From assembly GCA_037379345.1 (NCBI GenBank), contig CM074524.1:28206750-28270749 (forward strand): a DNA stretch of 64,000 nucleotides, in the 5' to 3' direction. Positions 1 through 11,531 of this stretch are shown here, in pieces (within the stretch, counting starts at the first letter, position 1; the number at the start of each line of letters is the position of its first letter). The DNA comes from Perna viridis (Eukaryota). The position numbers and the translations under genes were made by a program. The notes below the pieces were generated by a model. It was not told the DNA's origin and searched no databases. It worked only from the letters and a program-made list of their open reading frames with translations.

Positions 1-19
1 AAGTCATCACTCTATCCCC

Positions 20-137
20 TTACATACTTTTGTGGAGAAGCAGTTACTACCAAATTTAAAGCCTTTGATGTGACTCAGCCAAGGATTAACCCATGACCTC
101 CAGCACCTGAGGCCAGTACATAACCCTGAGACCACCT
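20..137 (-). mobile_element. Degraded tRNA-headed SINE fragment
   Basis: Reverse strand ggtggtctcagggttatg...gaggtcatgggttaatcc resembles A/B-box tRNA-derived heads with decayed CpGs. Confidence 0.5.
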
Positions 138-783
138 ATGTGATGTACCAAGAAATATTGTAGGTTATACATGTATATTGTACATTTTATAGAACAAACC
201 TACAGAGATCCTTATTCCTATAATTCTTTTACCGTGGAAGCTCTTTTGTGGTAAGTAACCTTGTGATAAAATTTCAAAAAGATTGATGCACTTTTACTTA
301 ATTGTCTAGAAACCCTCTGTGGAGGACAATAATAACACCACCATTTAAGCACCAGTTTCATAAAATTCAGACACTATCTATGATAAAGGGTTTCATGGTG
401 TACAAAAACCCACAGAACAAACATTTATGTATGCATTATTTTTATAAAAATAAATGTGAATAAATGTAATGATAGTCCTTCCTGTATTCAGACCTGTACT
501 TTTTTACAAACCATACATTAAAATAAGTAAAATTAATCCTATTCAAGAATGATAACTTTGCAAAAGTGCAAACTTTATACAAAATCTATATAGTTTTTAT
601 TTCAAAAGTGCAACAACTGAATGACAAACTAAGACTGATTTGTGGTCTGAAACTGTTCCTGAAATAAAATAGATGATGAGTTTTACATATGTATAAATCG
701 CCTCCTTTCTTGTTTGTATAAAAACTTATAGCTAAATATACGACTGTACATATTTTGGTGTTGACAGAATGTAAGAAACTTAC

Positions 784-898
784 CTTCATCAGTGAGAATA
801 GCCAATGCAGCTGTGACCTCAGATAAGACAGGGATCTTGGTATCAATATCAAGCAAAACAAATGTTAATGCTTCTACACAGTCGTTGTCAATTATAAC
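784..898 (-). CDS. VAC8: Vac8-like exon (VIIDNDCVEALTFVLLDIDTKIPVLSEVTAALAILTDE); gene continues beyond the window start
   Basis: 115 nt, phase 0-1, GTAAGT donor. VLSEVTAALAIL matches Vac8 VQSEISACFAIL. No stop codon reached in the window. Confidence 0.9.
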
Positions 899-2485
899 CT
901 ACAATACCAGATTGACATACAGATTCTCCATCAGTAATGAGTGGTTTCTTTTATTTCTACACTGGAGATGGTAAAAATAAGATTTTCAATATGTGGGCTT
1001 TGACAAGCTTGGTTAAGTCTTGGTTTTAGAATAGACAGTGAAGAAATAACTCAAACAAGAATAGGCTGATGGAGAATCTGTTTGTAGAAAAAAAGTTAAA
1101 TAGCGGGAATTCTCTTGCAGAAATTTAATCACCGCCCAGTGGTTAATAAGTCATTTGCATTTTTAATTACTCCCTAAGAATGCAAGAAAATAGTTTTTTT
1201 CCATGTTTTTATTCATGTAACTGAGAAAACTCTTCCTCTATAACCAAGGTTCCAGTCTTTGTAATAATCTTGCCATGGATGAAACAACAGTTTAGCCATA
1301 ACTTTACAAAATTTTATAACCTATCAAGAATATAGAAACAGAGAGACTCATGTTTATTAATCATTTTAGCACAGGCCATTAATGTTGATTTTTTACCTCC
1401 AGTGAAAGGAAGAAGTAAAATAACCCCATAAAAGTTCAAGTCATCATAAAATAATGATTAACTTGAGTATCAATGATTCTAATTCTGATAGTTATAGTAT
1501 TTTTTCATATTATTCATACTCTAAGGTACCCTAAATTAGAATATTTTGACAGTTTTCAGTCAAATTGTGCATGTTTAATTTGGTGTATTCGGGTGTAATC
1601 TTCAGGGTGGAATCAAACTAGCCTTTATTATCATAAAAAGAATCTAACACTACCAGTATCATATTATGACAAAGGGTCAATTTAATTGCTCGACAGACAT
1701 ATATACAGAATATTGTTCTCGTTCACACCTACTAAAACAAAGATAAATATTGGCCGCCTATAAATTTCAAAATCATTATATTTTGGTGTGTTTAATTTTG
1801 GCACTTTTAAGAGAGGAGGAAAATAAACCAAAATAAAACTATGACCAAAATTCCCCTATTTACGTTAACCTATTTATGTAATGAACCAACATATGCAAAC
1901 TGCAAGTGTCACTTAGTGCCATTCAAATTAATAGAGATTGTGATCAGTAGCCACATAAGTTAAATTTCCATGTTTATGTTGAAAAGGAAACAAAAAGTTG
2001 AAAGAGAAGAGACATCTTATTTTATTTTAAACATTTTTAAATCAATTGTTTTTTCTGTATCAGATTAAAATGCAATATTAATTCAGCAGAATAGTACATT
2101 GGAGCAATGTGACCTTTGACTATACATGTAACTGAATCAATAAATTTGATAAAAGTAAATTTAGACAAATCTCTAACACATAATACAGCCTTAGACATGT
2201 TAGAAATGTCATAGCACATTTCATTTTCTTTTTTTCAGAAGCAAGGCCAGGGGTGCAACAGGTGCAATTGCATCCCCCTTTTGAAAAAAAACACCTTGAT
2301 TTACATCTTAGTCTGTAATTAAAGAGAAATCATACCAGACAACCAAGTAAAATTGCTTTTCAGTGATCAGTTTGCACCCCTCATCCCTGCCATTCAGAAA
2401 ACCTGGCTACAAAGTCTTCAACCTAATGACCTCTGCTGCATAAAAAAGGGACATACTATACCATATAGTTATTTTAAATGTATAC

Positions 2486-2611
2486 CCTGTGGTGATCCCC
2501 AACAGCTAAGTTCCTGATTGTTCCTGCAGCATGCCTCTGGGATTCTGAATTTGAGCTATCACATAACACTGGCCTCAAGTCAGGGACAATTCTCTCCTGT
2601 ATCAGTGGTAC
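2486..2611 (-). CDS. VAC8: Vac8-like exon (VPLIQERIVPDLRPVLCDSSNSESQRHAAGTIRNLAVGDHHR)
   Basis: 126 nt, phase 0-0. ESQRHAAGTIRNLA matches Vac8 EIQCHAVSTLRNLA. Confidence 0.9.
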
Positions 2612-4154
2612 CTACCAAAAACATAGAATATAAAAAAAATGTACACAAATTTTCATCCTGGTGGGGTTGTTGCTGGTTTTTTTTTTAGGATTTTGAGGGC
2701 TTCAGTCACTTTTGCGGTCGACGTGAATTGGCACTGAAATGCATTACATATCAAATGTATGATTTGGGATGTATAATGAATAACTTTGTTGTCTCTTTGG
2801 CATATACACCATACCTATTCTTGTTATAATAAAAACTAATATAAAGTGAAGGATCTAATGCATTGTGGGTGAAAAAAGATTCTCAGAAATAAACATGAAA
2901 ATGATAACAAAGTGCCACAGGAGTTGATCCCATGTATTATACAGCCTGACTAGTATGTAACATGGATAAGATTTGTGTTATAGACTAGTCTGGCTGCATA
3001 ATTGATATTCAAAGCAAGGCCCTGTGACAGGTCTAAGAATTATAAATATAAACACCTGTGCTAGCACATGATAGGCCTGACTCATCATTTATTATATGTT
3101 TTAAGAACTCTGAAACAAAAAATATATAACAAATGTTACATGAAAAGAAGCTATCTTTTGTAATGACATTGTAATCTGATGAACTGTTTACAGACAGGCG
3201 GATACCATCTGTTTAGGTATAGAAATGATAACTAATTTCACTATTTTCATGCAGGGTAACAGTGTCATGTAAATAGTTCTAAGACCTTTTTCCCTAAGGA
3301 AAATTGTCATTTATTCTTCAATTTCTATTGTTTTATGTTAGATTTGAAACACACGATTTATTGTCCGGAGTATAATATAAGTGCATGAGAAATCCACATA
3401 CTTTGTTTGTCAGATAATAATGCAGGATATTAAAAGGGGTCAATTTATGTCTCTTAAATACTTGCATTGGTAGGATAATGACGGATTCATATTTGCATAT
3501 TAACCTCCAGAATGCCATACTTATTCTTTTGGTATACATTAATTACAAATTGGACACTTATAAAATGTCTTTTCAAAGAATCATTCACATTCTTTTTTTG
3601 ATATCAGTCCTTGGTTTCTAAAGTAATGAGTAATGATTGTTTTTTTGTAAATCATTCTTTATGCTGATGTGACCACTGATTTACCATTTATGACGCAATA
3701 GCATGCCCATGCTATTTAATCACCACTGATATTTTCACATGACAATGGAAGAGGGAGGTTAGAGAGCTGTAAAACCTAGATTTGACCCATCAATTGAAAT
3801 ACCTGTACCAAGTCAAGACCATTGTGGTACCAGCTACACCAGTAATGTAATATCTATTTTGCAAGATTTATTTTAGACTTGACTTGATTATGGATCAGAT
3901 TAGTGTCTGGTAATTTTGTTGTTATCCTTCAATGTCTTAAAATTACCCCCTTTTCAAGAAGTACATTGGTCCATTGGTTACCAGTTGTCTATGTCTCAAG
4001 GTACATTATATGCCTGTGATCATAGGTGTTTAAATGTTGCTTGACTCCACTTTAAGACAAATGCACTCATGTTAAAATACAAATACATTACTGTAATGTA
4101 TTACCACTAATATATGAGTAACTCTCTTTTGTGGCATCATGTTAATAAATTCCT

Positions 4155-4318
4155 ACCTCATTTGACATGTGTATAGAGAGATTCCTGAGACAAGCCTGAA
4201 CAGATCCTGGAGACTTACCGTGTTAGACTTGTGTATAGAGATTCCTGAGACAAGCCAGAACAGATCCTGGGGACTTACCTCGTTTGACCTGTGTATAGAG
4301 AGATTCCTGAGACAAGCC
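4155..4318. repeat. 60-62-bp tandem triplication of the exon end plus donor
   Basis: gtgtatagag(ag)attcctgagacaagcc recurs three times, each copy preceded by a plus-strand tacc donor. Confidence 0.93.
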
Positions 4319-4418
4319 ACAGCAGCTCCCAGAGTATTTCTATGTGAGGCTTTAGACTTGATTATGTTGTGTAGAAGAGGCAGGGCACCATACTGTACAA
4401 TTAAAACCTGATTCTCAT
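4279..4418 (-). CDS. VAC8: Vac8-like exon (DENQVLIVQYGALPLLHNIIKSKASHRNTLGAAVACLRNLSIHRSNE)
   Basis: 140 nt, phase 1-0. VACLRNLSIHRSNE matches Vac8 VACIRNISIHPLNE. Its 3' end and donor are triplicated downstream. Confidence 0.93.
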
Positions 4419-6790
4419 CTGAAAATAGAAGATTTATGATTTACATGTAAATGAACACAAATGAACAACTGGTGAATTACTGTCAATTTAGTATTTTTCA
4501 TGGTGAACTAATTTACTTTTTATACAATTGACAAATAATCCAAAAAAATAGAACCTTAATTTTTTTTATACACTATGAATAACTATTAATGATTTTTTAA
4601 AACAATTCCCAAACTAATACCTGTAAATATGTTCAGTACATAAGCAACAGTGAAAAATACATTTTCAGCATTTTAATGAATCAAGGGAACCAGGCTTGAA
4701 ATAGTAATCAAAAGATTATAAGTTCATTGATGATGATGACAGGGTAAACAGACAAACAAAAAAACAAAAGAACATGAAATACCCAAAAAACACATACAAG
4801 AAAACAAAAGTAAATAACAAGGACTCAGTTAAAAACTGGGAGCTTGAACCAAGTGTGCAGGTGGGGTAACATACTCTGCTTTTCTAGAAGTACCCACCAA
4901 GTTGCTCATAAAATGTCACATCCGCGATAGACCAATAAATTAAACAAATCTAATTTACTTAATTTGGTTTAGTTATGACTATAATTATCAGGGTTTTGTC
5001 CTATGTTCAACCTCCCATACACATACTTCCTTTTCCAGAGTTAAAGATTGAGAATCAGATACTAGTACATTATGTACATGTAGTTGCCTGATCTAAGATC
5101 TGTACAAGCCTGTTACCACATGTGATCACAAGTTATCATGAAAATACTATGGCATTTAAATTTTGCTGAAGTCAACCATAAAAACTTAGAGTTTTTATAC
5201 AAGAATGACGAATTTAGGTCATGTCAAGTCATAACTTTCTTAATTGACATTCTATCAGCCCATTGATTTTAATATCAGTTTTTAATTTGATATTAATTGA
5301 CTTATTATATGTATACCGGCACTTCAATTTATAACTGATAAAAACTTCAGGAGTAATCATAGTACATTTATTATAACTATTTACTGCATTCTAAGGAAAT
5401 ATCAGGTGCATTGATACATATCTAATGCTTATATGAATGATTAAAAAATAGTCAATTATTTCAAAATACATTAATACACTCCATTAAGCAATAAAGGTTC
5501 TTAGCAGCTTATTTTCCATCCATCAACCAAGACAAAATTATCACCTATATAGACCATTAAGATTATATAAGCAGATAATACAACAATCATTTATATAAGA
5601 TTTGCACCTTTAGATAACGATATAAAACAGCTGTTCCAGGTAAAACTTTACAGCTGATTAGACAGAACTACTATAATCCTTTATAGACAGTTTGTATAAC
5701 TGATGAGTAAGACTCCACTGTATGTACTTTATAGGCAATGCTTTATAGTGAGAGAAATGTCACTGATAACAGTGACCAGGTGTTAATCATAACAAAGCCA
5801 AACAGAATGGATCATGTCATGTAACAGGGGCTGATTATGAGTCAGGATTACTAAGATTTATATAAAATCAAAGGCTGGTCAAGGATTTCAGGCTGTGAAA
5901 CAGAAATAAAAACCAAATGTATAATGAGCCAAGATCATTTTGTGGTTAAATTTGTGCAATATGTGTGTGCAAAATCAAGATTCCATGCAAAAAAAAAATA
6001 AAACTACATGTAACTTTTAGATTCCAGGGGTCAAAATGCTGTTTCTAACCCACCCAAAAATGAATCAATGCCTGAACATGCAGATATATATTTTTAATCG
6101 GATGACCATATATATACGTATCAATTCTCAAATTAACAGATTCTGTCAATTCTTAAGTTATTTATTTTCAGATTGTTTCATTTAAATCTTAAAAATATTG
6201 GATACTTGCTTCTTTAAGATAAGGTTTTTATTTGACATTTTTTCTTGCAATTATTCTTCAAATAGAAAATGGCAGAGATTAATACATAACATTGAATTAC
6301 TTTTGTTTTTTAGTTTTTAATTCATAAATATTACACACATTTAAATTTCTTTTCCTGATAGACCCTCAGAATACCTTTTACCAAAACTATCATACAGTAT
6401 TAACGTGACCAAATCACTGCGTAGAATGAAACATATTTCAATTGACCTTGGAATATTGATTTGTTTAAATAATTTCCTACATGTAAATGCTACTTTTAAA
6501 AACAGTCTCAATATTGCACAAATAAATGAGTCACCAATTATATATCTATAAATCTGGACCACATCTGTGTTACAGTCAATAGTGTTTCCTTCCTCTCAAA
6601 CAAAGCCTGTCTTAAGATTTGGATTGTTTTTGTCTTTTTTGTCAAGTGTATCCCATTAATGTTAAAGATAAATGAATCACAAACATTGATTTCCTAGAAA
6701 TTAAATATAATGACATTTCCTTTCAGTAATAGACAAGCACAAATGTAAAAATAGACTTGGTAACTGTAGCCCTGTTAAAGGTCAATTATA

Positions 6791-7080
6791 CAATGCATCA
6801 GCCAGAAATACAAGTCACAGAAGCAATGCATCGGCCAGAGATATAAACCACACAAGCAGTGCATCAGCCAGAAATATAAGTCACAGAAGCAATGCATGAG
6901 CCAGAAATATAGGCCAAAGAAGCAATGCATCAGCCAGAAATATAGGTCAGAGAAGCAATGCATCAGACAGAAATATAGGCCAGAGAAGAAATGCATCAAC
7001 TAGAACTATAAATCACAGATGCAATGCATCAGGCAGATATAGAAGTCACTAAGAAGTAATGCATTAGCTAGAAACATGAA
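6791..7080. repeat. 33-bp intronic minisatellite, about 9 degenerate copies
   Basis: Unit approximately gcaatgcatcagccagaaatataagtcacagaa. Explains the repetitive ORF at 6775-6999. Confidence 0.9.
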
Positions 7081-8142
7081 GTTGCACACATTGCCATGCC
7101 ATGCATAGCCCCATTCATAGAAGTTAATATTGGAGAGCAACCAAAATTGCTTACAACATATGATTGTTGTGACAAAATTTTGGAAGGACGGACATACGGA
7201 CAAGATTAATCCAAACTACCAAACATTTGTTAAATGTAGAAATAACATAAACCATACAAAAACATTTAATGATTTGGATCAATATAAGAGAAAACACAAA
7301 AAAACTTTTCTTTTTATACTAAATGATAATTGTACATAAAATATAGAAGTTGACTTGTTAGGCTTTATCTTAAAGAACATTTACAATTTGAATCTGGTCT
7401 ATCTTTATTTGAAGAAACTTATTACAAGAAATTATTTTAGGTAAGAAAAGTTGGAATTGACAGGTTGAAAACAAGCTAAGTTCATTGCAAGAATTATAGG
7501 TCATGGAGTACTATTTTTTATGGTTTTCTTGATTCAGTTCAACCACAAAATCACCACTGAAATGTAAAATCTCAAATGATAACCATAATGGTCGAATGGT
7601 ATCCAAGGACTTAAAAATTTCACAAAACAACTAATTTGACAAACCATGAAAATTTATACTTGAATATTGACAAATAAAAAATTGACAATTTGCGGAAATT
7701 CTCATAATCTTTTTTTTTTTAAACTGCCTCTTCAGTTCATTAGACTTCATCAAAATACCTATGTAGTTTTTGAGAACTTGGGCTTACACAATTTTAATAT
7801 GCCAACACATTTAAATGACATTATCTCACCTTACAGGCTGCCTCTTTAATGTAACTTATAGCTATCAAATTAAGTCTAATCAAAATCAACAGAGAAAGTC
7901 AGAACAAGATGTGTTTACCAAAAGTAAACATGTGAACCTTTTAAGGATTGTTTTACCTATAGGCATCAAAAAATTATTATTTTCCATCATGCATGTCTAC
8001 ATGTAATGCCTAACCTCCTTATAAAGTTTCGTATAATCAATCAAGCTGTTTAGAAGTGTGCTAACATTATGTGGGTAAGAGAATCAGAATAACAGATGAT
8101 CAGACAAACAGAATGACCCCAATCCACCTCAACCACGTGTAA

Positions 8143-8352
8143 TACTGTGAATGTACTATTTTTCATGGGGTACCAATTTTTGTGGTTTTCATGGGTAGGT
8201 CAAACCACGAAATTTGGTTCCCATTGAATAGCAGATTCCCACTGATGGGTATACTGAAAACTTAAAAACCATGAATTCAAAAATCCACAAACTTGTGCTT
8301 CTTCCCTGATCCAAGAAAATTGGTATCCATTAATTAAAGTACTTTCACAGTA
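8143..8352. mobile_element. TA-flanked MITE (CTGTGAA(T/A)GTACT TIR; Tc1/mariner-type TSD)
   Basis: TA-CTGTGAATGTACT...AGTACTTTCACAG-TA. A second copy lies at 11645-11853, with degraded relatives near 7500-7660 and 9610-9920. Confidence 0.8.
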
Positions 8353-8460
8353 GATTGCGTACAATGGTAATTACAAGGTGACCTTTGGGGTCTTCAAGCA
8401 TTTTATACAGGTACTTCATATTGCATATAAACATTAAGTCACATAAGTAGACAAACTTAC

Positions 8461-8506
8461 CATCAGAAGCTAAATTCCTGAGTGCATAACATGCTTGACA
8501 CTTTAC
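8461..8506 (-). CDS. VAC8: Vac8-like short exon (VKCQACYALRNLASD)
   Basis: 46 nt, phase 0-1, ttgtag acceptor and GTAAGT donor. Matches Vac8 VKCQATLALRNLASD. Confidence 0.93.
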
Positions 8507-8877
8507 CTACAAATGAAATAGAATTACTTAAACTCTGTAAAATCAAAAAAGGCTTCCGCCTCTTCAAAAGATCTGAATGTAGATTAAATCTTCAATGCAC
8601 AATTATTTTACTTTTACTGAGCATTTTTTTAAATCTAAATTTAATAATAGTTAGTGGTGAAATACTAATTCACAAATAGGCCAAAGGAGAATCTGTTTCT
8701 CCCATGTATCTATACAACTTGAAAAATGTTAAAATGGTGAGAATCTTCTCGAAATATTTAATAACTCACTCAGAATTTTAAGCACATTAAGAATATGACA
8801 AAAATATTTCTGGATTCAGGAATAAAAAAGAGTGGATAAGACAATCATTACAGCACTTTAAACCTATATAATCCTAC

Positions 8878-9086
8878 CCTTTCTTTCTTTGTATTGAGAA
8901 GTTTAACAAGTTGTTTTATCACATCAAAGTGTCCAATGGCTGTCATCATAGCCCTATGTTTATCATTCACTGCTAGATTACTGAGTGATGCTGCTATGTA
9001 ATACTGAATGTCGGTATCTCCTGAGTGTAGGATATCAACTAAAACTGGAATAGCACCTTTAGTTACCAATTCATTTCTGTTTGATT
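8878..9086 (-). CDS. VAC8: Vac8-like exon (QSNRNELVTKGAIPVLVDILHSGDTDIQYYIAASLSNLAVNDKHR...NTKKER)
   Basis: 209 nt, phase 1-0. Matches Vac8 [40 protein letters not shown]. Confidence 0.95.
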
Positions 9087-9352
9087 CTGAAAATAAAAAC
9101 AAATTCTTCATTTCATTCCTGTATATATAACTTCCATCAAATATTGAGGGTTTTATGAGATTCCTTTTGTTTCAAAACTGTAATTTCAATGTTACTTTGA
9201 AATCGAATAAAGTGGGTATTAATTTTTGAATTTGAAGGATATTGAATTATTGTACTCAATGTTCAAATAATAAAATGTAGGTAATTCAAGTTTTCAGGCC
9301 CATTTTTCTATCCAGGTAGTTTCCATCAAAACATATCACATATAAGACCTAC

Positions 9353-9475
9353 GTTGATGGGTAAGGTTAAGTACAGCGCCAGCGGCATTTCGTTGGACTC
9401 TGAGATCGGAAGATTTCATCAGGTTCAGCAATGGTCTGATTCCATGGTTAGAAACAATCAATTGCTTGTTTGAAT
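9353..9475 (-). CDS. VAC8: Vac8-like ARM-repeat exon (DSNKQLIVSNHGIRPLLNLMKSSDLRVQRNAAGAVLNLTHQ)
   Basis: 123 nt, phase 1-1, ttgtag acceptor and GTAGGT donor. RVQRNAAGAVLNLTH matches Vac8 RVQRNATGALLNMTH. Confidence 0.95.
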
Positions 9476-10692
9476 CTACAAAGAAGGTATTGTAGTTTAA
9501 ACAAATGAAAATCTGTCAATGTAACACATTCCTGTTTTTGTTTCAGTCCTTACATGAAGGTATTTTACCCTGTATATATCTACTGCACCAAACAAAACAA
9601 TGTGAAAAACCATAATGGAACAGGTTATCCTTTCAAAAATCACATTTATTGTGCACATGAGAAAATAAATGTTTTACTGTCAGTTTCAAAACAAAAAATT
9701 TATTAGTACCATATGTCTTTTTTTTCACGTGCGGAAAATTTTGCATTTTATTCAAAAATTGGTAGAGGATTTTTTGTGTTATAATAATTGTGACAACAAG
9801 ATAAGACAAACATTAATAACCATTTTTTATCTTCATAAATATTTCACAATATAATTTTCACATTCCAACTTTGACTGGGAATTTAGAGAAAATTAAATCA
9901 CTGCAAAAATAACCACTGATACATTAAGTTTTTGCATTGTGATCCAGCTGACTGGCATTTGTCCATCATTCTCCATGTCTACTCCATTGACCTCAACATT
10001 GTTTTAAATACATGCATATATTGTGTAGTAACTGTTTAGAAATAACAGGAAAATTTCTGATGAACTGATAACATAAGGTAATCTTGATCCTGGAGGATCA
10101 TAAAAGAATCTGCATTTACGGCCCAAAATATGAAGAAAAGGTTGCTTGGGTCAAACAGCCATTCAAATGATTACCATTTGTTTTGTTAGTTATTTTGACA
10201 CTTTGTTTTCACACCTGAAACAACCATTCACTGATAATCAAAAAACATACCCTATTCAAATACCTAATTCAGTTGTAACTAACTCAGAGCTGTGTATAAT
10301 TATGTGTAAACAACACTTGTATATTTTTGTAATTTTTGAAAATTATAAAGATCTGTAATTTCCAAGTTTTTACATGTATGAATAAATAGTGCTATCACAG
10401 GAACGTTATGCATGGTTATGCAATATGTAATGAACCTATGGTAAGTACACAGAAGAAAAAATTGTTTCAATGCAAGATTTCATTAACATACTGCCTTGAT
10501 TCAAATTTTCAGTTATTTTTGTCGCTTTGCACAGCAATTACATGTTTACTGGTGTATAACTGGCAAGTGTACAATATATGTAAAGGTATACACATATCAT
10601 GATTGTTTTTTGTTTTGGAAAATGACAATGGTGGATACTCCAAGAATTCTTATTTTATTACAGCAAATCATAATGATCCATTAGATTGTTAT

Positions 10693-11000
10693 ACCAACCT
10701 GTAGTAGCCAAGGCAGTAATACCAACCTGTAGTAGCCAAAGCAGTAATACCAACCTGTAGTAGCCAAGGCAGTAATACCAACCTGTAGTAGCCAAGGCAG
10801 TAATACCAACCTGTAGTAGCCAAAGCAGTAATACCAACCTGTAGTAGCCAAGGCAGTAATACCAACCTGTAGTAGCCAAGGCAGTAATACCAACCTGTAG
10901 TAGCCAAGGCAGTAATACCAACCTGTAGTAGCCAAGGCAGTAATACCAACCTGTAGTAGCCAAAGCAGTAATACCAACCTGTAGTAGCCAAGGCAGTAAT
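10693..11000. repeat. 28-bp minisatellite x11 built from the exon end plus the 5' splice site
   Basis: Unit accaacctgtagtagccaa(g/a)gcagtaat, period 28, near-perfect copies. Confidence 0.97.
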
Positions 11001-11101
11001 ACAACCACATGTGTTACACTGCACTTCAATATTCTTAGAATGTAACAGTTGAACCAGAGGGGGGATAACTCCACAGGTCACCAACACTTCTTTATTTTCT
11101 G
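10979..11101 (-). CDS. VAC8: Vac8-like ARM-repeat exon (AENKEVLVTCGVIPPLVQLLHSKNIEVQCNTCGCITALATT)
   Basis: 123 nt to the first donor. NIEVQCNTCGCITALAT matches Vac8 NVEVQCNAVGCITNLAT. NAGNAG acceptor; donor repeated 11 times (see findings). Confidence 0.93.
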
Positions 11102-11164
11102 CTAAAATTATAGAAGCAGTAAAAATTGTTTACTTAAGTACGAGTCCACATAAAATTTTCCATA

Positions 11165-11531
11165 TTAAAGTGATTCATGGTGAAGAAAAACCCACCAAAC
11201 AAACAATGCTTTTTCAATCTGCATATGCTATATTTTTTACAAAACAGTTGTCCTTTCCTTATTTAGATCTGTACTTTTGAGAAAATCATACATTTATCTC
11301 CCACCAAAACCAACCAATTCATACAAAATCAAGATTGAGAACTGTTGCAAAGTGCTAATTTCATGTAAAATCTATATAAATTTTATCTTAAAAACGCAAC
11401 ACACATATGAAGAACTATGACTTGTTATGTGGTCTGTAACTGATTCTGAATAAGAAATAAAAGTGAATTCGGTGGGTTTTTGACATGCATGAATCACCTC
11501 CTGTCTGATTTTTATAAAGACTGCTACTTAA
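11165..11531 (+). mobile_element. Dispersed ~365-bp non-autonomous element (gtgattcatg...catgaatcac family)
   Basis: Related copies at about 386-735, 19731-20238 (interrupted by the MITE), 21010-21180 (deleted), 14187-14270 (partial) and 60485-60838 (reverse). Confidence 0.8.

Noticed and set aside
6775-7203. Cys/His/Trp-rich repetitive ORFs
   Set aside because: Translation of a 33-bp intronic minisatellite, with no splice context compatible with the gene.
10658-11074. Overlapping hydrophobic ORFs (138, 109 and 132 aa) or a CRISPR-like array
   Set aside because: These come from the stop-free 28-bp minisatellite. The units are contiguous with no unique spacers, so it is not CRISPR. Only the first ~41 codons of one frame are the real exon.
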